64,000 nucleotides of DNA from Bacteroidota bacterium. GTDB taxonomy: Bacteria; Bacteroidota; Ignavibacteria; UBA10030; UBA8401. The stretch's first letter is position 1. Each line of letters starts with the position of its first letter. Below the pieces are notes generated by a model that saw nothing but the letters and a program-made list of their open reading frames with translations, did no database searches and was not told the origin of the DNA. Location: positions 23,736 to 87,735 of the forward strand of contig DATJPT010000014.1 of the NCBI GenBank assembly GCA_035506275.1. Reading direction: 5' to 3'. The translations under genes and the position numbers were made by a program. This document shows positions 50,160-59,433 of the stretch, in pieces.

Positions 50160-50404
50160 ACCATCCTCCTTTGTTTGGTTGAAGAGAGTATAGCAACGAA
50201 TGTGCCAAACAATAAGGCTGATTTTTCAGTGGAATTGGCAATTCCTATCTTTTAGGGGTTTTAAATGGGTGCCACAAAACTGCAGAGTTATTAGGGGAAA
50301 AGCAGGTAGTGATTTGATCTTGAACAGATTACAGCTTGGAGGGTGGTCAACGGTAAAGTGAAGAAATGTGGCACTAGTCCAAGGTATGGACAATATATCG
50401 CCTT

Positions 50405-51832
50405 CTATTTTTCATCGGTTCGACGAAGCCTGTTGTTGAGTGCGCGCCGTGAAATTCCCAGCAGCTCGGCGGCGATCGTCTGGTTCCCGTCAGCGCGTTT
50501 TAATGCCTCTTCAATAAGAGCATCGTCAGCTTCCTCGAGTGTCGGAAATCTCCCCGGGAAAAAAAGGAGATCGTTTTTCTGCTGATCCGCCGAGCCGCTT
50601 CCTTCCTTTGAATTTCTTTCCTGATGGTGCTCTGAAATATTTTTTCTGATCGATTCGAGCGAGAGGATCCCGGAAGTATGAAGGCTTATCGCTTCAACCA
50701 TCATTCCTTCGAGCTCCCGCACATTGCCGGGGAACGAATAATTGTTGAGGAGGGTGTACAGTTCTTTCGGGACCGTCGGCCTTTTCTTGCCGAGCTCTGC
50801 GGCGGCTTTTGTGATAAAATGGTCGATCAAATACGGCACGTCAAGCTTCCTCTCGCGGAGCGGAGGAATCGTGATGTGGTGTGCCTTTAGCCGATAGTAG
50901 AGGTCTTGACGGAACGTGCCGTCCGATTGCATCGCCTTAATATCCCTGTGGGTTGCGACGATGATCCTTGCGTCAGAGAGTTTTGCGATATCCGACCCGA
51001 GCGGATAATAACTCCCGTCCTGCAGAAGACGGAGTAATTTCACCTGCGACGCCGTGCTCAGATCGCCGATTTCATCGAGAAATAACGTGCCGTCGTCCGC
51101 TTTTTCGATAAGCCCTTTCCGCTCCTGCTCCGCCCCGGTGAAGGCCCCTTTTTTATGGCCGAAGAGCGTGTCGGAAAAAAAATTATCGTCCACGCCGGCG
51201 ACGTTGACAGAAACCAGTTCTCCTTTTCTCCCGCTTGCCTTGTGAACCGCCTGAGCAAAAAGTTCTTTTCCCGTTCCCGTCTCGCCGGTGATAAGCACGG
51301 GGAGGTTCGTCTTTGCGATCGCTTCGATGTACCGAAAGATCGAGCGGATCGGCGCGCTGTGTGTCATGATTTCTTTGAAGGCCTCAGGGTCTTCGACATT
51401 CTCCCGGAGGAGCGATTGCTTCAACATTTCGTTTTCGTTCCGGATCTCGGCCAGCTCCAGTCCCCGTTTGATCGTCGTGACCAGCTTCTGCTCGTTGATC
51501 GGCTTGACCACGTAATCGAACGCCCCTTCCTTGATGCATTGTACTGCGCTATCGACGCTGTTGACCGCGGTGATCATGATGACAGGGATTTCCGGATAGG
51601 CGGCGACAATCTGCCGGAGAAGCTCTATGCCGGAAATGTGCTGCATGTTGATGTCGAGCGCGACGAGAGCGTAATACTTCTTCGAGAGTCGTTGCATCAC
51701 CTGACGGCTGTCCTTGCACGTTTCGATATTTGTGATGCCGTTCGACGAGAGGGTCAACTCGACGCTCAGCAGAAAATGCTCCTCATCATCGACAAAAAGA
51801 ATAGGAGCGGCTGGAAAGATTTTGGAACTCAT
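50405..51832 (-). CDS. sigma-54-dependent response regulator (NtrC family)
   Basis: receiver domain (ILFVDDEE...), AAA+ sigma-54 interaction domain (ITGETGTGKELFAQAVH, GAFTGA), C-terminal HTH (AAELLGISRRALNNRLRR). Confidence 0.85.
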   Translation of the reverse strand: MSSKIFPAAPILFVDDEEHFLLSVELTLSSNGITNIETCKDSRQVMQRLSKKYYALVALDINMQHISGIELLRQIVAAYPEIPVIMITAVNSVDSAVQCIKEGAFDYVVKPINEQKLVTTIKRGLELAEIRNENEMLKQSLLRENVEDPEAFKEIMTHSAPIRSIFRYIEAIAKTNLPVLITGETGTGKELFAQAVHKASGRKGELVSVNVAGVDDNFFSDTLFGHKKGAFTGAEQERKGLIEKADDGTLFLDEIGDLSTASQVKLLRLLQDGSYYPLGSDIAKLSDARIIVATHRDIKAMQSDGTFRQDLYYRLKAHHITIPPLRERKLDVPYLIDHFITKAAAELGKKRPTVPKELYTLLNNYSFPGNVRELEGMMVEAISLHTSGILSLESIRKNISEHHQERNSKEGSGSADQQKNDLLFFPGRFPTLEEADDALIEEALKRADGNQTIAAELLGISRRALNNRLRRTDEK

Positions 51833-53028
51833 TGAGGTATTTCCTCGCTGCTTTCTGAGATTGGAGGAAACGATGCGCGCGCAACAGTCCCTTTATCCGG
51901 TTTGCTGTTCAGGATCAAAAGGCCTCCGTGACTTTTTACGATGTTATAGGACACCGAAAGTCCAAGCCCGGTTCCTCCCATCTCCCGCTTTGTTGTGAAA
52001 AATGGGTCCATGATGTATTTTAAGTCATCCGGCTTGATTCCTACCCCCTGGTCTTCAACTTTGATCCTGACCTTGTTTCTCGTTCTATTGAAATACGTCG
52101 ATACGGTGATCCCCGCCGACGGATGTTTCAACGACTGGCAGGCATTATTAATGAGATTGATGACGACCTGTTCCAGTTGTTGAGCATTCCCCCGTATCAA
52201 CGGAATGTCCTTGCCGTAGTCAACCGTAAAATTACTCGTCGATTTTTTGATCAGGTTGCCGGTGATCAGAATAGCCATCTCCACAACCTTATTGATATTG
52301 ACGCGTTCGTTCAACGAGTCGCTGTCCGCTTTTGCGTACTCGGTAAGGCCGGCGGTGATGCTCTGAATTCTTTCGGACCCTTTGAAGATGCCTTCGAGGG
52401 ACTGCGCGATCTTTTCTTTCGAGGAACTGTACGGCATTCCGGCGACGCTGAAGTCGCCGTTCTCCACATAATAAGCATCGAGAATCGGAGTGACATCCTT
52501 CCATATTTTTGCGTAGAGCTGCGCGTTGAGGAGGATGAAATTATTAGGATTGTTGATCTCGTGAGCAATGCCGGACACGAGGATGCCGAGCGACGCCATC
52601 TTATCGGCCTGCTTCAGCTGTTGATTGCGGATGGTCGCGGCGATCTCGGCGCGCTTCAGCTCCGTGATGTCGTTGATAAGTCCGTCATACGCCAGGAGTG
52701 AACCGCTGTCGTCCTTTGTCAAAACAATTTTATTTCGTATCCAGCGGATCGTACCATCCTTATGGATAATGCGATGTTCGACCGGGCTGACTTCCTTTCC
52801 GGCAAGAGCGAGCCGCGCTTGTTCCAGAACTTTTTCGCGATCCTTGTGATGGACCATCCTGTACCAGAGTTGCGGGTCTTTTTTATAATTCTCCGATGTG
52901 TATCCTGTCACCGACACGCATCCCGGCCCGTGGAACGTATCGACCACCACGCCGTTTTTAACGGTGACGGTGTAGATATAATCGGTGAGATAATTGATCA
53001 GTTTTTCGTATCGCTGCTCGATATCCAT
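51829..53028 (-). CDS. PAS-domain sensor histidine kinase
   Basis: H-box IAHEINNPNNFI, N/G boxes (LINNACQS, GGTGLGLSVS); 4-nt overlap with the regulator gene. Confidence 0.8.
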   Translation of the reverse strand: MDIEQRYEKLINYLTDYIYTVTVKNGVVVDTFHGPGCVSVTGYTSENYKKDPQLWYRMVHHKDREKVLEQARLALAGKEVSPVEHRIIHKDGTIRWIRNKIVLTKDDSGSLLAYDGLINDITELKRAEIAATIRNQQLKQADKMASLGILVSGIAHEINNPNNFILLNAQLYAKIWKDVTPILDAYYVENGDFSVAGMPYSSSKEKIAQSLEGIFKGSERIQSITAGLTEYAKADSDSLNERVNINKVVEMAILITGNLIKKSTSNFTVDYGKDIPLIRGNAQQLEQVVINLINNACQSLKHPSAGITVSTYFNRTRNKVRIKVEDQGVGIKPDDLKYIMDPFFTTKREMGGTGLGLSVSYNIVKSHGGLLILNSKPDKGTVARASFPPISESSEEIPQ

Positions 53029-53171
53029 GCGTTTCTTTTGAAATTCCTGCCGTTAACGTTTCCTTAATATATGAATTTTAAGCCAATGTTGAAGGAAGGC
53101 GCATCACGCCGTGTTTAATCTTACAACTTTTTTTTGTATCTTAGGTTATTCTATGAACCATCATAGTCCGA

Positions 53172-53861
53172 ATGCATAAGGCAGCAGTTCGACACCTCTT
53201 CGATTCAATAGCCTATCGTTATGATCTGCTGAATCATCTTTTGAGCGGTGGAATTGATCTCTATTGGCGCCGCACGGCCGTTCAAAGCATTGCATCTCAA
53301 AAACCCCGGCGTATCCTTGATGTTGCCACCGGTACCGGTGATTTTGCCATCGCCGCCATGCGCTTAAACCCGGCCGAAGTTGTCGGTGTCGATATATCCA
53401 TGCCGATGCTGGAGTTAGGGAGGCGAAAACTTGCCGCAAAGAATTTGAACCATGCTGTTCGGCTCGAAGAGGGGGAAGCAGAACGGCTCGCATTTCCCGA
53501 GGGTTCCTTCGATGCGGCGATCGTCGCTTTCGGCGCGCGTAATTTTGAAAATCTTGAGGGGGGATTAAAAGAAATGCGCCGGGTCTTGAAAATCGGAGGC
53601 CAGATCCTCGTCCTCGAGTTTTCCAGACCGCGGGGATTTTTCTTCAAACAGATCTACTTCTTTTATTTCAAGCATATTCTTCCCCTTGTTGGAAGAGTGA
53701 TCTCCAAAGACAAGGAAGCTTACCAATACCTCCCCGATACCGTAATGAAATTTCCCGATGGGGAAGATTTTCTCAATGTCCTCCGCGGCGTAGGATTTTT
53801 GTCCGTCGCTCAACGCCCTCTGACGTTCGGCATCGCGACGATCTACACCGGGGAAAAATAA
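53172..53861 (+). CDS. ubiE: demethylmenaquinone methyltransferase UbiE/MenG
   Basis: N-terminal VRHLFDSIAYRYDLLNHLLSGGIDLYWRR; SAM motif VLDVATGTGDFA. Confidence 0.8.
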   Translation: MHKAAVRHLFDSIAYRYDLLNHLLSGGIDLYWRRTAVQSIASQKPRRILDVATGTGDFAIAAMRLNPAEVVGVDISMPMLELGRRKLAAKNLNHAVRLEEGEAERLAFPEGSFDAAIVAFGARNFENLEGGLKEMRRVLKIGGQILVLEFSRPRGFFFKQIYFFYFKHILPLVGRVISKDKEAYQYLPDTVMKFPDGEDFLNVLRGVGFLSVAQRPLTFGIATIYTGEK

Positions 53862-53882
53862 CCGAAAGAAGAATAAGGAATA

Positions 53883-54725
53883 TTGATCATGGCTGATAGA
53901 GTAGTGAGAGTTGGGCACAGTCCGGACCCGGACGATGCCTTCATGTTCTATGGATTGTCAAGCGGCAAAGTGAAGCTCGAAGGAGTTACGATCGAACACT
54001 TGCTCGAAGATATTCAATCCTTGAATGTCCGTGCAATGAAGGCCGAGCTGGAGGTAACGGCAATTTCGGCGCATGCCTTTCCGTATGTCGCTGATAAATA
54101 TTGGATTATGGCGACCGGCGCAAGCATGGGGGAAGGCTACGGTCCGGTCATCGTCTCAAAAAAATACAGAAACCTCGATGAGCTCAAGGGGAAAACAGTC
54201 GCGACTCCCGGCAAACTGACTACGGCCACACTCCTTTTCAAGACGTTCACCGAAGGAATCAAGAACGTCGATGTCCAATTTGACGCGATCATGGATAAGG
54301 TGGCCTCGGGTGAGTTCGACGCCGGACTGCTGATCCATGAGGGGCAGCTGACGTACGGAGCCGAGGGATTTCATAAAGTTCTCGATTTCGGTGAATTCTG
54401 GGAGAAGAGGTCGGGCGGTTTGCCGCTGCCGCTCGGGCTTGACGTTGTGAGAAAAGATCTGGGCGAAGATATGGCAAAACGTCTTTCATCCGGACTGAAG
54501 CAGAGCATTCATTTCGGCTATACGCATCAGCGCGAATCGATCCCGTACGCGCTTCAATGGGGGAGGGGAATCAACCAGCAGTTGGGAGAAAAATTCGTCA
54601 AGATGTACGTCAGTGAGCTGACAGTTGATATGGGAGAGAAGGGGAAAAAAGCGCTTGACCTTTTGTATAGATTCGGGGCGGAAAAAGGATTGATCCCGCC
54701 GGTTCCCTCGATCGAACTCTTTTAA
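53883..54725 (+). CDS. mqnD: MqnA/MqnD-family protein, probably 1,4-dihydroxy-6-naphthoate synthase
   Basis: N-terminal VRVGHSPDPDDAFMFYGL typical of the MqnD branch of the periplasmic-binding-protein-fold family. Confidence 0.5.
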   Translation: MIMADRVVRVGHSPDPDDAFMFYGLSSGKVKLEGVTIEHLLEDIQSLNVRAMKAELEVTAISAHAFPYVADKYWIMATGASMGEGYGPVIVSKKYRNLDELKGKTVATPGKLTTATLLFKTFTEGIKNVDVQFDAIMDKVASGEFDAGLLIHEGQLTYGAEGFHKVLDFGEFWEKRSGGLPLPLGLDVVRKDLGEDMAKRLSSGLKQSIHFGYTHQRESIPYALQWGRGINQQLGEKFVKMYVSELTVDMGEKGKKALDLLYRFGAEKGLIPPVPSIELF

Positions 54726-54734
54726 TGCTTCGCG

Positions 54735-55601
54735 ATGAATCTGTTTGAGTTGTTTCGAAGATTTCGTACCGGCATCGTCGTCGCCACGCTTCTCGTCATT
54801 ATTGAGAACGTGGCATGGATCGCCGAGCCCGCGCTCTTCGGCAACGTCATCGACGCTCTCATCGAGAAAGCGACGTCCGAAACTGCAGTCTCCTACCTTC
54901 TCCCGTTGCTCATTTGGATAGGTACGTTTCTTGTCAACTCCGGAGTCGGCGCCCTCCGCCGTTCTCTTGACCCGAAGATCTTTCTCCGGATGTTCATTGA
55001 AATCGCCACCGACGTTGCGCGCTCGGCCAAAGAAAAAGGGCACTCTGTCTCGAAGACTGCGGCGCGCGCCGAATTGTCGCGCGAGTTCATCACGTTTGCC
55101 GAATATCGGGTCCCTGATATCATTGAACAACTGATTTCGATCGGCGGCGCGGTTGTTGCACTTCTCTTTTTTGATTGGAGGATCGCCTGTTCGTGCCTCT
55201 TCATCGTCCTCCCGCTCCTTCTCATCTCGCGCATCTATAACAAACGCGTGTTGGCGCTCCAAAAAGACCTTCATGACAACCGCGAGGAGGCCTACGATGC
55301 ATTTTCGACGAAGGATCCGGAAAAGGTTCGCGAGTATTATTCCGCCCAGTCCCGCGTCGAGCAGCGGATCGCCAACTGGGGAGCGTTCAATTTCGGAGCG
55401 ATGAGGATCATCTTGCTCTTGATTTTTCTCGTCGTCCTTTATATCGCGATTGATCTTGACGATTTCAGTACTGGAAATATTTATTCGATCGTCGCATACT
55501 TATGGACATTCGTGACGTCGTCTGAGTACCTGCCGGAATTAATGGAGTCGTGGACTTCATTAAAAGACATTTCTGACCGGCTTGCGACCGAGAATGTTTA
55601 G
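54735..55601 (+). CDS. membrane protein resembling an ABC-exporter transmembrane domain, no ATPase domain
   Basis: 6 predicted TM helices; ORF ends before a convergent gene. Confidence 0.4.
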   Translation: MNLFELFRRFRTGIVVATLLVIIENVAWIAEPALFGNVIDALIEKATSETAVSYLLPLLIWIGTFLVNSGVGALRRSLDPKIFLRMFIEIATDVARSAKEKGHSVSKTAARAELSREFITFAEYRVPDIIEQLISIGGAVVALLFFDWRIACSCLFIVLPLLLISRIYNKRVLALQKDLHDNREEAYDAFSTKDPEKVREYYSAQSRVEQRIANWGAFNFGAMRIILLLIFLVVLYIAIDLDDFSTGNIYSIVAYLWTFVTSSEYLPELMESWTSLKDISDRLATENV

Positions 55602-55649
55602 GAATGTGGGCTGGACGAAACGAGGATTTGTCGGCAGGGTCGATGAAAG

Positions 55650-56741
55650 CTAGGCAGCTTTGTTCTTCGGGAAAACCTTCCTTAGATCATACAATGTTCC
55701 TCGCTGGGCCGCGTCAAATCCCGATTCGTGAATAAGCTGGATGCATTCTGCGGTATTGGTTTTGTTGACAAAATTGGCAGCCGCATGAACGTTCTCTTCA
55801 AGCAGCGTTCCGCCGAAATCGTCGGCGCCGAAGTGAAGCGCGATCTGACCGGTCTTTTTCCCTTCTGAAAACCATGACGCCTGAATGTGTGGGAAATTGT
55901 CCAAATATATTCTCGAGACTGCGATCATCTGCAGATAGCGTGTCGGCGTGGCATAGTGCGGAATAATTTTTTCAAGGGGAGTATTGCCCGGCTTGAAGCT
56001 CCAGGGGACGAACGCTGTGAACCCATGGAAATCGTCCTGGAGCTGGCGGATGCTCTCGAAGTGGGCAACGATGTCCTCGTCGGTCTCGAGATGTCCGTAC
56101 ATCATCGTGGCCGTCGATTTGTAGCCAATCCTGTGCGCCTCCCGCATTACGTTCAGCCAATCCTCCGAAGTTCCCTTTTTGTTGCTGATCTTCTTCTTCA
56201 CACGGTCAGAAAGGATCTCAGCGCCGCCTCCCGGAATCGAACGCAAGCCTGCATCCCATAATTGTTTCAACACTTCCTGCAGCGAGAGTCCGGAAACCTG
56301 CTTCATCCCCAAAATTTCCGACGTAGAGTAAAAATGCGGATAGATCTCCGGCACTTCAGCGACCGTTCGTCTGACCATCTCGAGATAGTAGTCGAACGGA
56401 AGTGAGGGATTCACTCCTCCCTGTAGCAAGACGGTGGTCACTCCTTTTGCCGCAGCTCCCTTGAAATTCTCGATCATCTGGTCGACGGAGTAAGTGTATT
56501 CGCCTTTCTCGCCGGGATGTCGGTAAAACGCGCAGAAGATGCAGTCGATGTTGCAGATATTGGAATAGTTCGGATTTGTGTCGACGACAAATGTTACACG
56601 GGGGTCAGGATTCTTCTTGAACCGGATTTCGTTTGCCAGGTCCGCAAGGTCGAGCAATTCGGTGCTCCGAAGAAGGAACAGACCCTCTTCCGGAGTGATC
56701 CGTTTTCCGTTTCTTATCTTTGAATACAGGTCGGATTGCAT
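55650..56741 (-). CDS. mqnC: radical SAM menaquinone (futalosine-pathway) enzyme, MqnC/MqnE family
   Basis: CNIDCIFCAF cluster motif; start revised to ATG at 56741 (MQSDLYSKIRNGKRITPEEGLFLL), which removes the overlap with the next gene. Confidence 0.65.
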   Translation of the reverse strand: MQSDLYSKIRNGKRITPEEGLFLLRSTELLDLADLANEIRFKKNPDPRVTFVVDTNPNYSNICNIDCIFCAFYRHPGEKGEYTYSVDQMIENFKGAAAKGVTTVLLQGGVNPSLPFDYYLEMVRRTVAEVPEIYPHFYSTSEILGMKQVSGLSLQEVLKQLWDAGLRSIPGGGAEILSDRVKKKISNKKGTSEDWLNVMREAHRIGYKSTATMMYGHLETDEDIVAHFESIRQLQDDFHGFTAFVPWSFKPGNTPLEKIIPHYATPTRYLQMIAVSRIYLDNFPHIQASWFSEGKKTGQIALHFGADDFGGTLLEENVHAAANFVNKTNTAECIQLIHESGFDAAQRGTLYDLRKVFPKNKAA

Positions 56742-56752
56742 AAGGCGCTTAC

Positions 56753-57532
56753 CTAAATAGAAACTGAATATCCTGCCGCTTTCAGCTCTTTGACAAGGCT
56801 GAAGCTGATCTCTTCCAACTTCACGATGATCTCTTTCCGCTGAACGCCGGGGATATTTTTTGGAACTGCGGCGTCTTTCTGGAAAATGCAGCACACTTTG
56901 TTGGCGCCGATTTTTCCGACGAGGTACCCCATCTCGAACATTGCACTTGGAATGTCGTCGGACCCGATCAGGTAGAACGCATAATGCGTTGCCGGTTGCT
57001 TCTCGACATGCGAGAGAAGCGCGTCGCTTCCCCCCCCGGTACGTTGGTAAACCGACGCTTCGATGCCAAGCTCTTTCAGCAGGGAAGTCAACTGCCCTAA
57101 CAATGGATTGTTGGCGGCGGATACGACAAGTACTCGGTTTGTCGTGCCCGTTCCGGTCTTCGGTGCTGGGGGTTTTGGAGGTTCCGGTGCTTTTGGTTGT
57201 TCCGGTTCAGCAGCTTGTTTTGGCTGAGAATGCGGTGTCGGAACGGGTGCTGCAATCTCCGCCGATCTCAAGGCTTCTTTTAAGGCCTCATGGACCTTTT
57301 GAGCGGACGTTTGATAAAAGTAAGCGCCGTTCTCGTCGTTGGCAAGCTGCGTACGAAGAGCCATCCCTTTTTCGCCGCACTTGCTCAAGACGTCCAGGCT
57401 GTTCTTTCGCCAGAGCAAATACTGGCTCTGCATTTTCGCATTGTATCCGGAGAACTCGAGTCCTCCTTCGGGAACAAGCTTGTCTCCCTGGTGAATTAGG
57501 TCTTGCAGCTTCGCGGCCGGCGACGTGTCCAT
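56753..57532 (-). CDS. hypothetical protein with central Pro-rich linker
   Basis: PEQPKAPEPPKPPAPKTGTGT linker between two globular halves; no motif recognised. Confidence 0.35.
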   Translation of the reverse strand: MDTSPAAKLQDLIHQGDKLVPEGGLEFSGYNAKMQSQYLLWRKNSLDVLSKCGEKGMALRTQLANDENGAYFYQTSAQKVHEALKEALRSAEIAAPVPTPHSQPKQAAEPEQPKAPEPPKPPAPKTGTGTTNRVLVVSAANNPLLGQLTSLLKELGIEASVYQRTGGGSDALLSHVEKQPATHYAFYLIGSDDIPSAMFEMGYLVGKIGANKVCCIFQKDAAVPKNIPGVQRKEIIVKLEEISFSLVKELKAAGYSVSI

Positions 57533-57558
57533 GATGAGTTTTTAGAGAATGATCGAGA

Positions 57559-59418
57559 TTAAATGGTGACTTCGATTTCCTGAAAATATTTCCTGAAAAC
57601 TTGCATTGCCGTTCGCTCCCGATCGCCCAGCCGGTAGTTGAATCCTTCAAGATACTCCCGCACTTCGTTCGGCGTCAGGCCGATCTGTTTCCCATGAAGC
57701 CTTCCAACCAGTTCAAGCTTCGTTTCGTTCCGCTCGAGCGTTGCCTCCAGGAGCGATTTCAATTGCGCCTTTTCTTCCTGCGGCAGCGATTTCTTGATGG
57801 CCCAGACCGCAAAGACGAACGGGAGCTTTTGCCAATCATACCATTCCTTCGCGAGGTCAAAGACAAGTTCAAATCCGGGAAGCCCGAATTTGTTGCGCTT
57901 CAGCGCCTCGTCGCCGATAAGAAGGACGGCATCATATGCGCTGTGGTCATTGACGCCCGAATGCATTCTGACAAGCGAAGCGTGAACCCCATATTTCTTT
58001 TTCAGCAATACTTGAAGGAGGCGGATTGAGGTGGCAGTGTCATCCGTGATCCCGATGCGTTTTCCCTCAAGGTCGCGCCATCCCTCTTTTGAAAAGAGCA
58101 TAACGCTTTTCACCTGATCGCGCGTTGCAATACCGTAGTTCAGGAGGTCAAGGTTTTGTTCCTGCGAGAAATAATTCATCAACGAGAAAATTCCCGCGTC
58201 GATCACGTTGGCGGTTGACAGCTCCCCCATGCGCCGTGGAACGACCGGGAAAATTTTGAACCCCCGCTTTTCGAAATCCGCATAGAACGGAACGGAATTG
58301 AGATACGGGATCTTTCCAATCACGTGGTCGGTGTGCAGTTTCAGAGGGTGATAGTAGACGTCCCGCTCAACCGGAATTTTTCCGGCATCCCTGATGATCT
58401 TGACAATGTGGTCTTTCGCAAGGCTCATCGGACTGACCGCGCCTGCGTCGTGCGCGATGTTTTCTCCTCCGACGGTCCCGTCCATATCGTCCGCGCCGAA
58501 ATTCAGCGCCACGGACGCGACTTCCTCCGTCAGCATCACCCAGTACGCTTTGATGTGGGGGAAGTTGTCGAGCATCAGCCGGGCGACGGCGATCGTTTTT
58601 AGATCATCGATCGCGGAGGTGAATTCGTTTCTCGGTTTAATGCCCGTGACTCCCGGCTGGAACGCAAGGGGAATGAACGACAAAAATCCGCCGGTCTCAT
58701 CCTGCGCTTCGCGGAGCTTCATCATGTGGACGACCCGCTCCTCGTATGTCTCGACGTGGCCGTAGAGCATCGTGGAGTTTGTCGGAATGCCGAGCTTGTG
58801 TGCGGTTTTGTGCACTTCAAACCATGTCTTTGCGCCGATCTTCTGATTGAAGAGCAGCTTTCGGACCCGTTCCGAAAATACCTCAGCCCCTCCGCCGGGC
58901 ATTGTCCGCAAGCCGGCTTCCTTTAATTGCAGCAGGACCTCTTCGATCGTCATCTTAAATTTCTTGTGGAAGAAATCGATCTCGACCGCCGTAAACGCCT
59001 TAACATCGGCGGCGGGGAAATTCTTTTTGATCTGCCGAACCATGTCGAGATAATAATTCCATTCCCAATCCGGATGCAAACCGCCGGTAATGTGCACTTC
59101 CTGAATTTCCGGCGTCAATTTCTTGAGGATCTCTTCGACGGTCATCTCATACGCGTTCGGCCTCCCCGCTTTTGTCGCGAAATCGCAGAACTTGCAGGAA
59201 AGCACGCAGATGTTCGTCGGCTCGATCTTTTGATTGATGACAAAATAGACGGCGTCACCGCTTTTTTGCTGCTGGACAGCGTGAGCCATCTTCCCGATCG
59301 AAATGACGTCGTTCGATTCGAACATCGCAACGCCGTCTGCGAGGGAAAGCCGTTCGCCGGCCTCGATTTTTTTCCAAATTGGGGCAAGCGATTGATCTCT
59401 AAAATTTATGTTCAGCAC
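57559..59418 (-). CDS. mqnE: fused radical SAM aminofutalosine synthase-like (MqnE/C-type) N-domain with MqnA-like (chorismate dehydratase) C-domain
   Basis: N-terminal CVLSCKFCDFA cluster motif; C-terminal ~250 aa IGKIPYLNSVPFY...VFAVWAI typical of MqnA. Confidence 0.6.
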   Translation of the reverse strand: MLNINFRDQSLAPIWKKIEAGERLSLADGVAMFESNDVISIGKMAHAVQQQKSGDAVYFVINQKIEPTNICVLSCKFCDFATKAGRPNAYEMTVEEILKKLTPEIQEVHITGGLHPDWEWNYYLDMVRQIKKNFPAADVKAFTAVEIDFFHKKFKMTIEEVLLQLKEAGLRTMPGGGAEVFSERVRKLLFNQKIGAKTWFEVHKTAHKLGIPTNSTMLYGHVETYEERVVHMMKLREAQDETGGFLSFIPLAFQPGVTGIKPRNEFTSAIDDLKTIAVARLMLDNFPHIKAYWVMLTEEVASVALNFGADDMDGTVGGENIAHDAGAVSPMSLAKDHIVKIIRDAGKIPVERDVYYHPLKLHTDHVIGKIPYLNSVPFYADFEKRGFKIFPVVPRRMGELSTANVIDAGIFSLMNYFSQEQNLDLLNYGIATRDQVKSVMLFSKEGWRDLEGKRIGITDDTATSIRLLQVLLKKKYGVHASLVRMHSGVNDHSAYDAVLLIGDEALKRNKFGLPGFELVFDLAKEWYDWQKLPFVFAVWAIKKSLPQEEKAQLKSLLEATLERNETKLELVGRLHGKQIGLTPNEVREYLEGFNYRLGDRERTAMQVFRKYFQEIEVTI

Positions 59419-59433
59419 GTCGTTTCTCTGCTT

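Noticed and set aside
51155-51835. 226-aa + strand ORF
   Set aside because: It is antisense to the sigma-54 response regulator, which has clear receiver, AAA+ and HTH motifs.
54735-55601. Truncated ABC exporter
   Set aside because: It has a TMD-like topology but the ORF terminates cleanly before a convergent gene, and no nucleotide-binding-domain sequence follows in any frame. It is called a generic membrane protein.
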